The notes: generated by a model from the sequence alone, not told the origin. A DNA stretch of 64,000 nucleotides from an uncultured Candidatus Rokubacteria bacterium (GCA_963826115.1 CAWGVS010000005.1:992001-1056000); one strand, 5' to 3'; shown: positions 46,166 through 56,658, counted from the first letter of the stretch. Made by a program: numbers and translations.

Positions 46166-48439
46166 TTGCCGTATCCCGCGCGCGCACGTCAGGCGAGCGT
46201 CGTGGGCTTCGTCCTGTCGTGCGCCGTCATCGCCGGACTCGCCTGGCTGTCCCTGGATCGCATGCACCGGTTCCAGGAGGAGACGCGGCGGGTCCGCCAC
46301 ACGCAGGCCGTTCGCGAGCAGACGGAGTCCTTCCTGTCCCTCCTGAAGGATGCCGAGACCGGGCAGCGCGGGTACATCATCACCGGCGACCCCGGTTACC
46401 TCGCCCCCTACGCGCGCGCGGTCGTGGAGATCGGAGACCACCTCGCCGCCCTCCGCCGGCTCACCCGGGACAACTCGGCGCAGGGCGCGCGCGCCGGACA
46501 GCTCGAGACTCTCGTCGCCCAGAAGCTCGCCGAGCTCGAACGGACGGTCCGGACACGGACCGAGCAGGGGTTCGACGCTGCGGCGCTCATCATCGCCACC
46601 GACCAGGGAAAGCGCCTCATGGACGAGATCCGGAGCCTCACCGCGGCGATGCTGGCCGAGGAGAACCGGCTCTACGCCGTCCGGACGGAACGAGAGGAGA
46701 GCGAGAGTCGCGCCGCCATCGGCGCGAACCTGGGCGGCCTGGCCATCGCCCTCCTCTCCGTCGGTGTGGCGATGCTCCTCCTCCACTGGGCGACGCGCGA
46801 GCGGGAGCGGGAGCAGTCTGCGCGGGTTGTCGCGGAAGCCGTCGCCGCGGCGACCGTGAGCTCCGAGGCATGGCTCCGGACCACGCTTGCCAGCATCGGC
46901 GACGCCGTCATCGCCACCGACGAGCAGGGTCGCGTGAAGACGATGAACGCCGTGGCCCAGCAGCTCACGGGCTGGACGGGCTCCGACGCCGAGGGACGGC
47001 CGCTGGAGACCGTGTTCCGCATCGCCGACGAGGACACTGGCCGTCCCGTGGAGAACCCGGTGGGTCGGGTGCTGCGCGAGGGACAGGTCGTCGGCCTCGC
47101 CAACCACACCGTCCTCCACGCGCGGGACGGCCGCGTCATCCCCATCGACGACAGCGCCGCGCCCATCCGCACCCCGGAGGGGGACATCATCGGCGCGGTC
47201 CTCGTCTTCCGCGACATCACGGCCCGGCGCCGGAGCGAGCGCGAGCAGGCGCAGGCGCTCGAGCGCGAGAAGGCGGCGCGACGCGAGTCGGAGGCGGCGG
47301 CCCGCGGCAAGGAGGAGTTCGTGGCCACGCTCTCCCACGAGCTTCGGACCCCGCTGAACGCCATCTTCGGGTGGATCCAGCTTCTCCGCTCCGGCGCCCT
47401 CGACGACGCGCACCGGGCGCATGCGCTCGAGGTGATCGAGCGCAACACGCGGACCCAGGCCCGGATGGTCGACGACCTGCTGGACGTCTCGCGCATCATG
47501 ACGGGGCACTTCCGGATCGAGCCTCGGCCGGTGGACCTCCGGGCCGTGATCGGCGCCGCGGTGGACGCGGTTCGACCGGCGGTCGACGCGAAGGGCGTTC
47601 ATCTCGTGACGGACCTCGACCCCGCCGCGGGCACCGTGACCGGAGACGCGGATCGGCTCCAGCAGGTGGTGTGGAACCTCCTCACCAACGCCGTCAAGTT
47701 CACGCCGCGCGACGGCCGCGTGGAGATCCGTCTCCAGCGCCGGGATTCCCAGGTGGAGATCCGGGTGGCCGACACCGGCCGGGGCATCGCGGCGGACTTC
47801 CTGCCCCACGTGTTCGAGCGGTTCAGCCAGGCCGATACGTCGAGCTCCCGCGCCCAGCCGGGCCTCGGCATCGGCCTCGCGCTCGTCCGTCACCTCGTCG
47901 AGCTTCACGGCGGCACCGTGGCGGTGGCGAGCGAAGGCGAGGGCCGGGGCGCGACGTTCACGGTGCGGCTACCCGTCCCGGCGACCCTGCCCCGCGGCCG
48001 GACCGATGCGCCAGTGGACGGCGGGGGCGCGACGGACGGCGACCGGCCCCGTCCGCTTGCCGGCGTCCATGTCCTGGCCGTGGACGACGACGCCGACGCC
48101 CGCGAGCTCCTGCGCGTCGCCTTCCAGCAGGCGGGGGCGCGAGTCACGGTGGCCGAGTCGGCGCGGGCGGCGCTTGCCGCGATCGAAGCCGCCGCTCCCG
48201 ACGTCCTCGTCTCGGACATCGGCATGCCGGGCGGCGACGGCTACGAGCTTCTCGAGAGCGTCCGGGCCGTCGAGCGAGGCAGCCGGCTCCCGGCGGTGGC
48301 GCTCACGGCCTACGCTCGCGTCGAGGACCGTGACCGCGCGCTCCGGGCTGGCTTCCAGCTCCACGTCGCCAAGCCGATCGACCCGGCGGCCCTGGTGCGC
48401 GCCGTCGCCCTCGTCTGCGCCCGGGCCAAGCGCGTCTGA
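46166..48439 (+). CDS. Hybrid sensor histidine kinase (CHASE3-PAS-HisKA-HATPase-REC)
   Basis: DAETGQRGY (CHASE3), SIGDAVI...VFRDIT (PAS), SHELRTPL, NAVKFT, GLGIGL, DIGMP/AKP. Start uncertain (about 46097-46166); the ORF-track start at 44192 is spurious. Confidence 0.92.
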   Translation: MPYPARARQASVVGFVLSCAVIAGLAWLSLDRMHRFQEETRRVRHTQAVREQTESFLSLLKDAETGQRGYIITGDPGYLAPYARAVVEIGDHLAALRRLTRDNSAQGARAGQLETLVAQKLAELERTVRTRTEQGFDAAALIIATDQGKRLMDEIRSLTAAMLAEENRLYAVRTEREESESRAAIGANLGGLAIALLSVGVAMLLLHWATREREREQSARVVAEAVAAATVSSEAWLRTTLASIGDAVIATDEQGRVKTMNAVAQQLTGWTGSDAEGRPLETVFRIADEDTGRPVENPVGRVLREGQVVGLANHTVLHARDGRVIPIDDSAAPIRTPEGDIIGAVLVFRDITARRRSEREQAQALEREKAARRESEAAARGKEEFVATLSHELRTPLNAIFGWIQLLRSGALDDAHRAHALEVIERNTRTQARMVDDLLDVSRIMTGHFRIEPRPVDLRAVIGAAVDAVRPAVDAKGVHLVTDLDPAAGTVTGDADRLQQVVWNLLTNAVKFTPRDGRVEIRLQRRDSQVEIRVADTGRGIAADFLPHVFERFSQADTSSSRAQPGLGIGLALVRHLVELHGGTVAVASEGEGRGATFTVRLPVPATLPRGRTDAPVDGGGATDGDRPRPLAGVHVLAVDDDADARELLRVAFQQAGARVTVAESARAALAAIEAAAPDVLVSDIGMPGGDGYELLESVRAVERGSRLPAVALTAYARVEDRDRALRAGFQLHVAKPIDPAALVRAVALVCARAKRV

Positions 48440-48616
48440 CGGGTCGCCGAAACGATCGACGGGCCGATCCCCCTCGAGTCGAGTCCCGCAGTCCGGCCGC
48501 GCCGAGCTGGCCCCCAGCGCGCCCCTCCGGCCCTTGACGCGGACTGCCTTTCGGTCGATTCTCGGGCGCGTCGCGCCCGCGGCGCGGCGAGGCAACCCCG
48601 GACACGCGAGGAGCTC

Positions 48617-49870
48617 ATGACGCACGTTCGACATCCCCGCGCGAGCGCGGTCTCGTCCCCCAACATCCGGTTCGTCGGCCACTCCGACCAGGGCGGGAAG
48701 AGCGACGGCGTCCAGGTCATGGTCCATCGCGGCCACGCGTTCATCGGTCACACGTTCAGCAACGGCATCACGATCGTGGACGTGCGGGACCCCGCGCGGC
48801 CGCGGACGGTCGAGTTCATCGCCTGCCCGCCCAACACGCGGGCCGTCCACATCCAGACCCACGAGGACCTGCTTCTCGCCGTCAATGGTCCGAGCGTCTG
48901 GCACATGCAGGAGTTCCAGAACCTCCAGGACTACTTCGAAGGCTCCCCGGCCGACAAGCTGAAGAATCGCGCGGGGAGCTTCGCCTCGGGCATCCGTGTC
49001 TTCGACATCTCCCGCCCGGAGAAGCCGGCGGAGATCGGCTTCATGCCGGTCGACGGCATCGGCCCGCACCGCATCTGGTACACCGGGGGCCGCTACGCCT
49101 ACGCCTCGGTCCACTTCGCCGACTTCAGCGACCACATCCTCGCCGTGATCGACATGTCGAACCCGCGGCGGCCCGAGGTCGTCGGCCGCTGGTGGCTCCC
49201 GGGGATGTGGCGCGGCGGCGCCGAGACTCCGAGTTGGAAGAAAGGCCGGCGGTACGCGCTCCACCACGCCCTGGTCTCAGGGAACCTCGCCTACGGCGCG
49301 TGGCGCGACGGCGGCCTCACGGTGCTCGACGTGGCGGATCCGACCCGGCCCAAGCTCCTGGCCCACCGAAACTGGGACCCGCCCTTCGGCGGCGGCACGC
49401 ACTCGCCCCTCCCGCTCCCCGACCGGAATCTGCTCGTGGTCGCCGACGAGCCCACGACCATGAACTGCAGCCAGGGGCTCCGGTACGTCTGGATGTTCGA
49501 CGTGCGGGAGCCGTCGAACCCGATCAGCATCGCGACGTTCCCCAGCCCGTCGGAGGCCGACTACTGCCAGAAGGGCGGGAACTTCGGGCCGCACAACCTG
49601 CACGAGAACCGGCCGGGCGCCTTCCAGAGCTCGCGCCTCGTCTTCGCGACCTACTACAACGCCGGCGTGCGCGTCTACGACATCGAGAACGCGTTCCAGC
49701 CGCGCGAGGTCGGGTTCTACGTGCCGCCCGACCCCGAGCGGCTGATCGACCCCCGGCCCAACCGTCCGCTCGTGACCCAGTCGAACGACTGTTACGTCGA
49801 CCCGAACGGGCTCATGTACGTGACCGACAGCAACGGCGGTCTGAACATCCTCGAGTTCACGGGAGCGTGA
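48617..49870 (+). CDS. LVIVD-repeat beta-propeller, His-rich, predicted cytoplasmic
   Basis: Repeats ITIVDVRDP, IRVFDISRP, LAVIDMSNP, LTVLDVADP, WMFDVREP and VRVYDIEN; GAGGAG RBS; no signal peptide. Confidence 0.85.
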   Translation: MTHVRHPRASAVSSPNIRFVGHSDQGGKSDGVQVMVHRGHAFIGHTFSNGITIVDVRDPARPRTVEFIACPPNTRAVHIQTHEDLLLAVNGPSVWHMQEFQNLQDYFEGSPADKLKNRAGSFASGIRVFDISRPEKPAEIGFMPVDGIGPHRIWYTGGRYAYASVHFADFSDHILAVIDMSNPRRPEVVGRWWLPGMWRGGAETPSWKKGRRYALHHALVSGNLAYGAWRDGGLTVLDVADPTRPKLLAHRNWDPPFGGGTHSPLPLPDRNLLVVADEPTTMNCSQGLRYVWMFDVREPSNPISIATFPSPSEADYCQKGGNFGPHNLHENRPGAFQSSRLVFATYYNAGVRVYDIENAFQPREVGFYVPPDPERLIDPRPNRPLVTQSNDCYVDPNGLMYVTDSNGGLNILEFTGA

Positions 49871-49920
49871 GCCTCCCGTCGGCGACCTACGCGGGCCCGC
49901 GAGGCCCGCAGGAGGACACC

Positions 49921-51093
49921 ATGCGACGGCAACGACTCGTCTTCGTGCTCGGCGCCGCCCTGCTGGCCGCGCTCGGCTGGGCGCTGTCCGCCTCCGCCCA
50001 GGGTCCGGTCAAGCTCGCCATCGTGGCCGAGATCACCGGCGGCGGCGCGCCGTCCGGGACGATGTTCCGGGACGGCGTCATCCTCGGGGCGGAGGAGATC
50101 AACAAGAAGGGCGGCATCCTCGGGCGCCAGCTCGAGACGTTCGTGATGGACACGCAGTCGGATCCCCCCACGTCGGTGGCCGTGATCCGGCGGGCCATCA
50201 ACGAGCAGCCGTTCGCCATCATGGGCACGGTGTACAGCGGCTCGACCGTGGCGAACATGGAGTTCGCCCGCCAGGCGGGCATCCCTCAGATCAGCGGCTC
50301 CGAGTCGATCCTGGTCGTCAGCAAGGGCAACCCGAACATCTTCCTGACGTCCTTCAGCCAGCAGATCGGCTTCGCGAAGCTGGTGAAGTGGGTAGCCGAC
50401 GACCTGAAGGCCGAGAAGATCGCCCTCATCTACGTCAACGACGCGTTCGGCAAGGGCGGCCGGGACATGTTCGTCAAGTTCCTCAAGGACCGTGGCAAGA
50501 CCCTGGTGGCCGACATCTCCACCGAGGTCCAGCAGGCCGACTTCACGGCCGAGCTCACTCAGGTCCGGTCGAGCGGCGCCACGCACCTCATGATCTACAG
50601 CCACGAGGAAGAGAACGCGCGCGTCATGATCCAGATGCGCAAGCTCGGCCTCAAGGTCGAGCCGGTCGGGGACAACCTGTGCGCCCAGACGACCATCGAC
50701 GCCGGCGGCGAGGCCATGAACGGCGCGCGCTGCCACGTCCCCATGACGGCGCTCTCGCCCGTGCCCAGCATGCTGGAGATGGGGAAGCGCTTCCAGGAGC
50801 GCTTCGGCCGCGTGCCCGACCACAACGGCTTCAAGGGCTACATCGGCGCGCACCTGATCAAGGCGGCCGCCGAGCGCGTGGGCGCCCTCGACCAGGGCAA
50901 GATCCGCGACTGCCTCCACAACAACGTGTTCCTCGCGGCGGACGAGGCGGGCCTCCTGATGGACACCTACGTCTTCGATTCGGGAGACGCCGACCGTCCG
51001 AGCTTCATCGTCGAGGTCAAGAACCAGAAGTCGCAGGTGGCGAAGGTGCTCCCGCTGCTCGGAGGACCCTATACCAAGCGAGCCTGCCGCTAG
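49921..51093 (+). CDS. ABC transporter substrate-binding protein (LivJ/K-like family)
   Basis: Signal peptide; EEINKKGGILGR, DTQSDP, NDAFG and DFTAEL motifs. Confidence 0.92.
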   Translation: MRRQRLVFVLGAALLAALGWALSASAQGPVKLAIVAEITGGGAPSGTMFRDGVILGAEEINKKGGILGRQLETFVMDTQSDPPTSVAVIRRAINEQPFAIMGTVYSGSTVANMEFARQAGIPQISGSESILVVSKGNPNIFLTSFSQQIGFAKLVKWVADDLKAEKIALIYVNDAFGKGGRDMFVKFLKDRGKTLVADISTEVQQADFTAELTQVRSSGATHLMIYSHEEENARVMIQMRKLGLKVEPVGDNLCAQTTIDAGGEAMNGARCHVPMTALSPVPSMLEMGKRFQERFGRVPDHNGFKGYIGAHLIKAAAERVGALDQGKIRDCLHNNVFLAADEAGLLMDTYVFDSGDADRPSFIVEVKNQKSQVAKVLPLLGGPYTKRACR

Positions 51094-51256
51094 GCGGGCT
51101 TGACCTCCTGCCCGGCACCGGCGCGCGGGCGCGGATGGGAGGCGCGGGCGGCGGCCGGCGGCCCTCTCGGGTCGCGGCCCCGCGCGCGGCCGCTCGCTTC
51201 CCGATTGGAACTCGCGGGCGTCCGCTCGCGACCGCCGCCGGGCCTGAACGCCTGAC

Positions 51257-52135
51257 GTGACGGACTTCCTCCAGCTCCTGGCGGCCGGGATCTCGATCGG
51301 CGCCATCTACGCGATGTGTGCCATCGGGTTCGTCCTGCTCTGGCAAACGTCCAACACGATCAACTTCGCTCAGGGCGAGTTCGTGGTCCTGCCGGCGTTC
51401 GCCATGGTCCTCTTCTGGACGACGCTGCGGCTGCCGTTCGCGGTGGCCCTGGTCCTGACAGTGGTCGTGTCGGCCCTCCTCCTGGGCTTCGGCGTCCGGA
51501 CGCTCCTGGTCTCCCGCCTCCTCCAGGCCGGGGTCCTGCCGCTGGTCATCGCGACCATCGGCCTGAGCCTCCTCATCCGCTACTCCCTCCAGCAGTTCTG
51601 GACCCCGCTCGCCCTGCCCTTCCCTCCCCTGTTCTCGCGGGCCCCGATGCGGCTCGGCGGCGTGATCCTCGCGTGGGAGGAGATGATGAACGTGGCCTTC
51701 GCCGCGGCCATCATCGGCGCCCTGCAGCTTTTCATCGCCCGCACGAAGCTTGGCTGGGCGATGCAGGCCGTGGCCCAGAACCGGAACCTCGCCACGGTGC
51801 TCGGCATCGACGTCGGACGGCTCGTCACGATCACGTTCGTCCTCAATGCGACCCTGACGGCGCTGGCCGCGATCCTGATCGCCCCCGTGTACCTGGTGAA
51901 GTACGACATCGGGATCGGTCTCGGGCTCAAGGCGTTCTACGCGGCGATCATCGGGGGCTTCAACCAGATGCGAGGCGCGCTGCTCGGTGGCCTGCTCGTC
52001 GGCGTGGTGGAGACCCTCTCGGCCGCCTACATCTCCGGGCCGTTCCGCGACGCGGCGGTGCTGGTGATCCTGATCGGCGTGCTTCTCCTGAAACCCGAGG
52101 GCATCTGGGGCGTCAAGGAGGAATGGGCCTCGTGA
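51257..52135 (+). CDS. ABC transporter permease (LivH-like)
   Basis: INFAQGEF, TKLGWAMQAVAQN and AAIIGG motifs. Confidence 0.92.
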   Translation: MTDFLQLLAAGISIGAIYAMCAIGFVLLWQTSNTINFAQGEFVVLPAFAMVLFWTTLRLPFAVALVLTVVVSALLLGFGVRTLLVSRLLQAGVLPLVIATIGLSLLIRYSLQQFWTPLALPFPPLFSRAPMRLGGVILAWEEMMNVAFAAAIIGALQLFIARTKLGWAMQAVAQNRNLATVLGIDVGRLVTITFVLNATLTALAAILIAPVYLVKYDIGIGLGLKAFYAAIIGGFNQMRGALLGGLLVGVVETLSAAYISGPFRDAAVLVILIGVLLLKPEGIWGVKEEWAS

Positions 52136-52153
52136 TCGGCCCGGGGGCGACGC

Positions 52154-53131
52154 GTGCGGCGCCTCCTGCCGATCGCCATCCTGGCGATCCTCGCCCTCCT
52201 CCCGCTCGGGCTCGAGCAGTACAAGCTCTACGTGGCAAGCCTCACCCTCGTGTACCTCGTCATGGCCATCGGGCTGAATCTGACGCTCGGGTACGCCGGC
52301 CAGATCTCGCTGGCCCACGGCGCGTTCATGGCGCTCGGGGCTTACGCCGTCGCCATCCTCGGCCAGCGCGGTGTCCCGTTCGAGGTCGGGCTCCTGGTCG
52401 GCGTGGCGCTCGCCTTCGCCTCGGGGCTCGTCGTCGGCTTCCCCGCGCTCCAGGTCAAGCATCACTTCCTGGCGATGGTCACGCTCGGCTTCAACATCAT
52501 GGTGTTCCTGGTGCTCCGGAACTGGGAGTCGCTGACCGGGGGGTCCTTCGGGATCTCGGGCATCGCCCGCCCGGCCTGGGGCGCGCTGACCTTCCGCTCC
52601 GACCGCGCGTACTACCTCTACATGCTCGCCTGGGCGGCACTCGTGGTGGTCTCGGCGCACTGGATCCTCGGCTCCCGGTGGGGACGGGCGTTCCGCGCCA
52701 TCCGCGAGAACGAGATGCGGGCCGAGGCGCTCGGCGTCAGCCTGCGCAACTACAAGCTGATGGCCTTCGCCATCGGCGCCGCGTACGCCGGAATCGGCGG
52801 CGCGCTCTTCGCGCCGCTCCTCGGATACATCGACGCCGGCGCCTTCACCCTCGACCGCTCGATCCAGTTCCTGATGATGGTCGTCATGGGCGGGCTCGGC
52901 CGGTTCGAGGGCCCGTTCATCGGGGCCATTCTCGTGACGGTCCTGCCCGAGGTCCTCCGCGCCTCCGAGGGGCTCTACCTCGTGTTCTACGCGGTGGCGG
53001 TGATCCTGATGATGCTCTTCATGCCGAAGGGGCTCGTCGGGGTGTGGGACTGGATCGCCCGCCGGCGGGCGCCCGGCGACGCCACGACCCCCGCCGTTCC
53101 CCTACCGCCCGATCCCGCCCGGCCGACCTGA
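52154..53131 (+). CDS. ABC transporter permease (LivM-like)
   Basis: GYAGQISLAH, WGRAFRAIRENE and GGLG...GP motifs. Confidence 0.92.
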   Translation: MRRLLPIAILAILALLPLGLEQYKLYVASLTLVYLVMAIGLNLTLGYAGQISLAHGAFMALGAYAVAILGQRGVPFEVGLLVGVALAFASGLVVGFPALQVKHHFLAMVTLGFNIMVFLVLRNWESLTGGSFGISGIARPAWGALTFRSDRAYYLYMLAWAALVVVSAHWILGSRWGRAFRAIRENEMRAEALGVSLRNYKLMAFAIGAAYAGIGGALFAPLLGYIDAGAFTLDRSIQFLMMVVMGGLGRFEGPFIGAILVTVLPEVLRASEGLYLVFYAVAVILMMLFMPKGLVGVWDWIARRRAPGDATTPAVPLPPDPARPT

Positions 53132-53139
53132 GCCGCGCG

Positions 53140-53877
53140 ATGCCGCTTCTCGAGATCGACGGGCTGTCCAAGCAGTTCTTCCGGCTCCCCGCCCTGAACC
53201 GGGTGAGCCTGACCGTGGAATCGGGCGAGCTCCTGGGGATCATCGGGCCCAATGGATCCGGCAAGACCACGCTGTTCAACTGCGTCACCGGGGTCCTCCG
53301 GCCATCCGGCGGCCACGTCCGCTTCAGGGGCGAGGACATCACCGGGTTGAGCGCCGACCGGGTGCATCGGCGCGGCATTGCCCGTACCTTCCAGCTGATC
53401 CAGCTGTTCCCGGAGATGACCGTGCACGAGAACATGCTCCTGGCCGCCCAGGAGCGCCACGGCAGCCTCCTCGGGCGGCTCGTCCGGCGCGAGGGCCCGG
53501 AGCCCGCCGGCCACGCGCTCCAGCTCCTCGAGTACCTGGGGATCGTCGACCTTCGGGACCGCCTGGCGTCGAACCTCTCGTACGGCCAGCAGAAGCTCCT
53601 CGACTTCGGCATGGCCCTCATGTCGCGGCCCGAGGTGATCCTCCTCGACGAGCCCCTGGCCGGCGTGAACCCGACCATGATCAACAAGCTGGTCGGTCAC
53701 ATCCAGGCCCTCAACGCGCAGGGACACACCTTCGTGGTGATCGAGCACAACATGGAGGTGGTCATGTCGCTCTGCCGACGGATCGTCGTGCTGAGCCAGG
53801 GCGAGCGCATCGCCGAGGGGACCCCTGGCGAGGTGGCGGACAACCCGCTGGTGCTCGACGCCTACTTCGGGAGGTGA
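53140..53877 (+). CDS. ABC transporter ATP-binding protein (LivG-like)
   Basis: GPNGSGKTT, LSYGQQK, LLDEP and IEHNM motifs. Confidence 0.93.
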   Translation: MPLLEIDGLSKQFFRLPALNRVSLTVESGELLGIIGPNGSGKTTLFNCVTGVLRPSGGHVRFRGEDITGLSADRVHRRGIARTFQLIQLFPEMTVHENMLLAAQERHGSLLGRLVRREGPEPAGHALQLLEYLGIVDLRDRLASNLSYGQQKLLDFGMALMSRPEVILLDEPLAGVNPTMINKLVGHIQALNAQGHTFVVIEHNMEVVMSLCRRIVVLSQGERIAEGTPGEVADNPLVLDAYFGR

Positions 53878-53880
53878 CGC

Positions 53881-54591
53881 GTGGCGCTCCTCGAGGTCGA
53901 CGACATCCACGCGGGGTACGGGAAGCTCGAGATCCTCCGGGGTGTGTCCCTGCGCGTGGAAACCGGCCAGGTGGTCTCGATCATCGGGCCGAACGGCGCC
54001 GGCAAGTCGACGGTCTTCAAGACGCTCTTCGGGCTCCTCCCCGTTCGTCAGGGATGCGTGCGCCTCGACGGCGAGGACGTCACGAACCGGCCGCCCGCGG
54101 AGCTGCTCCGTCGGGGCATGACCTACGTCCCCCAGGGGCGGAACGTGTTCCCCCTCATGACGGTCGACGAGAACCTGCGACTTGGCGCGTACATCCGGCC
54201 ACGGTCGGCCGAGCTGGATCGCGACGTCGAGCGCGTGTACGACACGTTCCCCATGCTCCGCGAGGCCCAACGGAAGCGCGCGGCCGAGCTGTCCGGCGGC
54301 CAGCAACAGATGCTGGAGATGGGGCGCGCCCTCCTCCTGCGGCCCCGGCTGATGCTTCTCGACGAGCCGACGCTCGGCCTGGCGCCCCTCGTGTTCCGCG
54401 AGATCTTCCGGATCATCGAGGACCTCCGCCGCGCCGGCCAGACGATCCTGATGGTGGAGCAGAACGCCGCCAAGGCCCTCGAGATCTCGGACTACGCCTA
54501 CGTGCTCGAGCTCGGGCAGAACCGCTTCGACGGGTCGGGCGAGGCCATCCGCAGCGACGAGCGGATCCGCCGCCTCTACCTGGGGCGCTGA
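53881..54591 (+). CDS. ABC transporter ATP-binding protein (LivF-like)
   Basis: GPNGAGKST, LSGGQQQM, LDEPTLGLAP and VEQN motifs. Confidence 0.93.
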   Translation: MALLEVDDIHAGYGKLEILRGVSLRVETGQVVSIIGPNGAGKSTVFKTLFGLLPVRQGCVRLDGEDVTNRPPAELLRRGMTYVPQGRNVFPLMTVDENLRLGAYIRPRSAELDRDVERVYDTFPMLREAQRKRAAELSGGQQQMLEMGRALLLRPRLMLLDEPTLGLAPLVFREIFRIIEDLRRAGQTILMVEQNAAKALEISDYAYVLELGQNRFDGSGEAIRSDERIRRLYLGR

Positions 54592-54761
54592 GTCCGGCGC
54601 GCACCCACGCGGGACCGGCGGTCCCCCGCGCGACGCGTAGCCTCGGCCCCGTCCGGGTCGCCCGCCGCGGTGGACGACCTACTCGCGTCGACCGCACTTT
54701 CCGTCGGCGTCGCTTTCCCGAGCGAGGCGACGTTCGCCAGTCCGCGCCTTCCGGTGTCTCT

Positions 54762-55814
54762 TCAGCTCTCCGCGATCTCCACCAGGATCTCGGCCGCCTG
54801 CTCGCACTCCCGCCGCGACACGTCCAGGTGGGTGACGGTCCGGATCACGCGACTCCCGATCCCGAAGAGGAGCACGCCCCGCTCCCGGGCGCGCGCCGTG
54901 AAAGCGGGCGCGTCCGGGGCGCCGTCCGCCAGGCGGAAGACGATGATGTTCGTGTGCACGGCCCGAGGGTCGAGGACGACGCGCGGGCTCCGGGCCAGAC
55001 GCTCCGCGATCCGCCGGGCGTTCTCGTGATCCTCGGCGAGACGGTCCACGTTGTGATCGAGCGCGTACAGGCACGCCGCCGCGAGGATGCCGATCTGCCG
55101 CATCACGCCGCCCATCATCCGCCGATGGCGCATGGCACGCTGCACCTCGGCCCGCGTCCCCGCCAGGATGGATCCCGCCGGCGCTCCGAGGCCCTTGGAG
55201 AAGGCCACCGCGACCATGTCGAACGGGCGGGTGAGCTCGGTGACCGATCGGCCAGTGGCCGCCGCGGTGTTCCACAGCCGCGCGCCGTCCAGATACGTCG
55301 CGACGCCGTGCTCGCGCGCCGCGGCGCAGATCTCCTCGGCGTCCGCCTGCGGGAAGATCACGCCGCCCGCGCGGTTGTGGGTGTTCTCGATCTCGACGAG
55401 CGTCGTCGGCGGATACATGGGATGCCCCATCGGCCGCCGCGCGGCGAGGAAGTCGTCCCGCGTGAAGACCCCGCCCGCGCCCACCTCGGTGAGCTGGACG
55501 GAGGCGTTGGCGGCCGACCCGCCGGCCTCGTGCCAGCCGGCGTGGGCTTCGCGGCCGACGATGACGTCGTCGCCGGGACGCGTCAGCGTCCGAAGGGCCA
55601 CCTGGTTCGCCATCGTTCCGGTCGGCATCCAGATCGCCGCCTCCTTCCCGAGGAGCGCGGCGACCCGCTCCTGGAGGCGGTTCATCGTGGGGTCCTCGCC
55701 GTACTCGTCGTTGCCCACGGGCGCCGCGGCCATCGCGGCACGCATCGGGGACGAGGGAAGCGTGACGGTGTCGGAACGGAGGTCGATGGCGGCCTGGGCG
55801 GTCACGGCCGACAC
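54762..55814 (-). CDS. ltaE: Low-specificity L-threonine aldolase
   Basis: DLRSDTVT, GTMANQ, ENTHN, LDGAR, SKGLGAP and GGVMRQ motifs. Confidence 0.92.
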   Translation of the reverse strand: MSAVTAQAAIDLRSDTVTLPSSPMRAAMAAAPVGNDEYGEDPTMNRLQERVAALLGKEAAIWMPTGTMANQVALRTLTRPGDDVIVGREAHAGWHEAGGSAANASVQLTEVGAGGVFTRDDFLAARRPMGHPMYPPTTLVEIENTHNRAGGVIFPQADAEEICAAAREHGVATYLDGARLWNTAAATGRSVTELTRPFDMVAVAFSKGLGAPAGSILAGTRAEVQRAMRHRRMMGGVMRQIGILAAACLYALDHNVDRLAEDHENARRIAERLARSPRVVLDPRAVHTNIIVFRLADGAPDAPAFTARARERGVLLFGIGSRVIRTVTHLDVSRRECEQAAEILVEIAES

Positions 55815-55986
55815 GCCCGGCGAGGGTTCCGCGTGGTCTGGCTCAACTTCCCGGGAGCATAGCTCAGGCGCCGGCTGCCGCGCCAGGCATGCGGCCCTCT
55901 GGGATGCGTGCCCTTGTCAGCCCCGGACCTCTGCGCGAGAGTATGACCATCAGGAGAACGCACGCGACGTGGCAAGTACCGCCGTC

Positions 55987-56003
55987 CGGGCACTGATCCT
56001 GCA
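55987..56003 (+). promoter_or_regulatory. Sigma54-like -24/-12 promoter upstream of dedA-ligD
   Basis: CGGGCACTGATCCTGCA: GG(55989-90)-N10-GC(56001-02). Confidence 0.45.
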
Positions 56004-56027
56004 AGGTTTCCCCCGCGGGGACCTACG

Positions 56028-56639
56028 TTGCTTGGATCGCTCGACGTGTGGCTCCGCGACCACCTCTGGGCCGTGGTGTTTCTTGGGGCACTGGTCGACG
56101 CCGTCGGCATTCCGTTCCCGGGCCGCATCATGCTCATCACCGTCGGGTCCCTATCCGGCCGGGCGCTGGACGGCGCGGGCGCCTTCCTCGTCGTCGCGCT
56201 CGCGGTCGCCGGCACGGTGGCCGGGGACCATGTGTGGTACCTCCTCGGCAGGCTTCGAGGCCGGCGCCTGTTCGAGGCCTACTGCCGCGTCATGAGGCTG
56301 TCGAGAGCCCGAGGCGCGACGGCGGACCACCTCATCCGCCGCTACGGCGCGCTCGCCCTGATGGCCGCCCGCATCGCGGCCACGCTCCGCGTCGTGCTCA
56401 TCCCGCTGGCCGTCTCACGCGGCATGTCCTACGGGCGCTTCCTGGTCCTCGACACGGTCGGCGCCGCGCTGTGGGCGGCCGGCCTCGTCGCCCTTGGTCG
56501 GGTCGCGGCCGCGCTCGGCGCCGAGGGCGGGGTCGCCGGCACTCTTGCCGTCGTTGGCGCCCTCGCCGGGGCGAGCGTCGTGATGAGTCTCCTCGCCCAC
56601 CGCTGGCTCTCGGGCCGCGCCACCGCGTCGCGGGCATGA
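56028..56639 (+). CDS. DedA/VTT family membrane protein
   Basis: GIPFPG, GDHVWYLLGR and RFLVLD...ALW motifs. Confidence 0.88.
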   Translation: MLGSLDVWLRDHLWAVVFLGALVDAVGIPFPGRIMLITVGSLSGRALDGAGAFLVVALAVAGTVAGDHVWYLLGRLRGRRLFEAYCRVMRLSRARGATADHLIRRYGALALMAARIAATLRVVLIPLAVSRGMSYGRFLVLDTVGAALWAAGLVALGRVAAALGAEGGVAGTLAVVGALAGASVVMSLLAHRWLSGRATASRA

Positions 56640-56658
56640 CCGCCTGGCGTCGCCGATC

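Noticed and set aside
51094-51256. GC-rich gap after the binding-protein gene as an ncRNA
   Set aside because: More simply an mRNA-stabilising structure common after ABC binding-protein genes; no family features.
55815-56027. Glycine riboswitch upstream of threonine aldolase
   Set aside because: The GGAGA/CCGAAG/CUCUCAGG core elements were not found on the minus strand.
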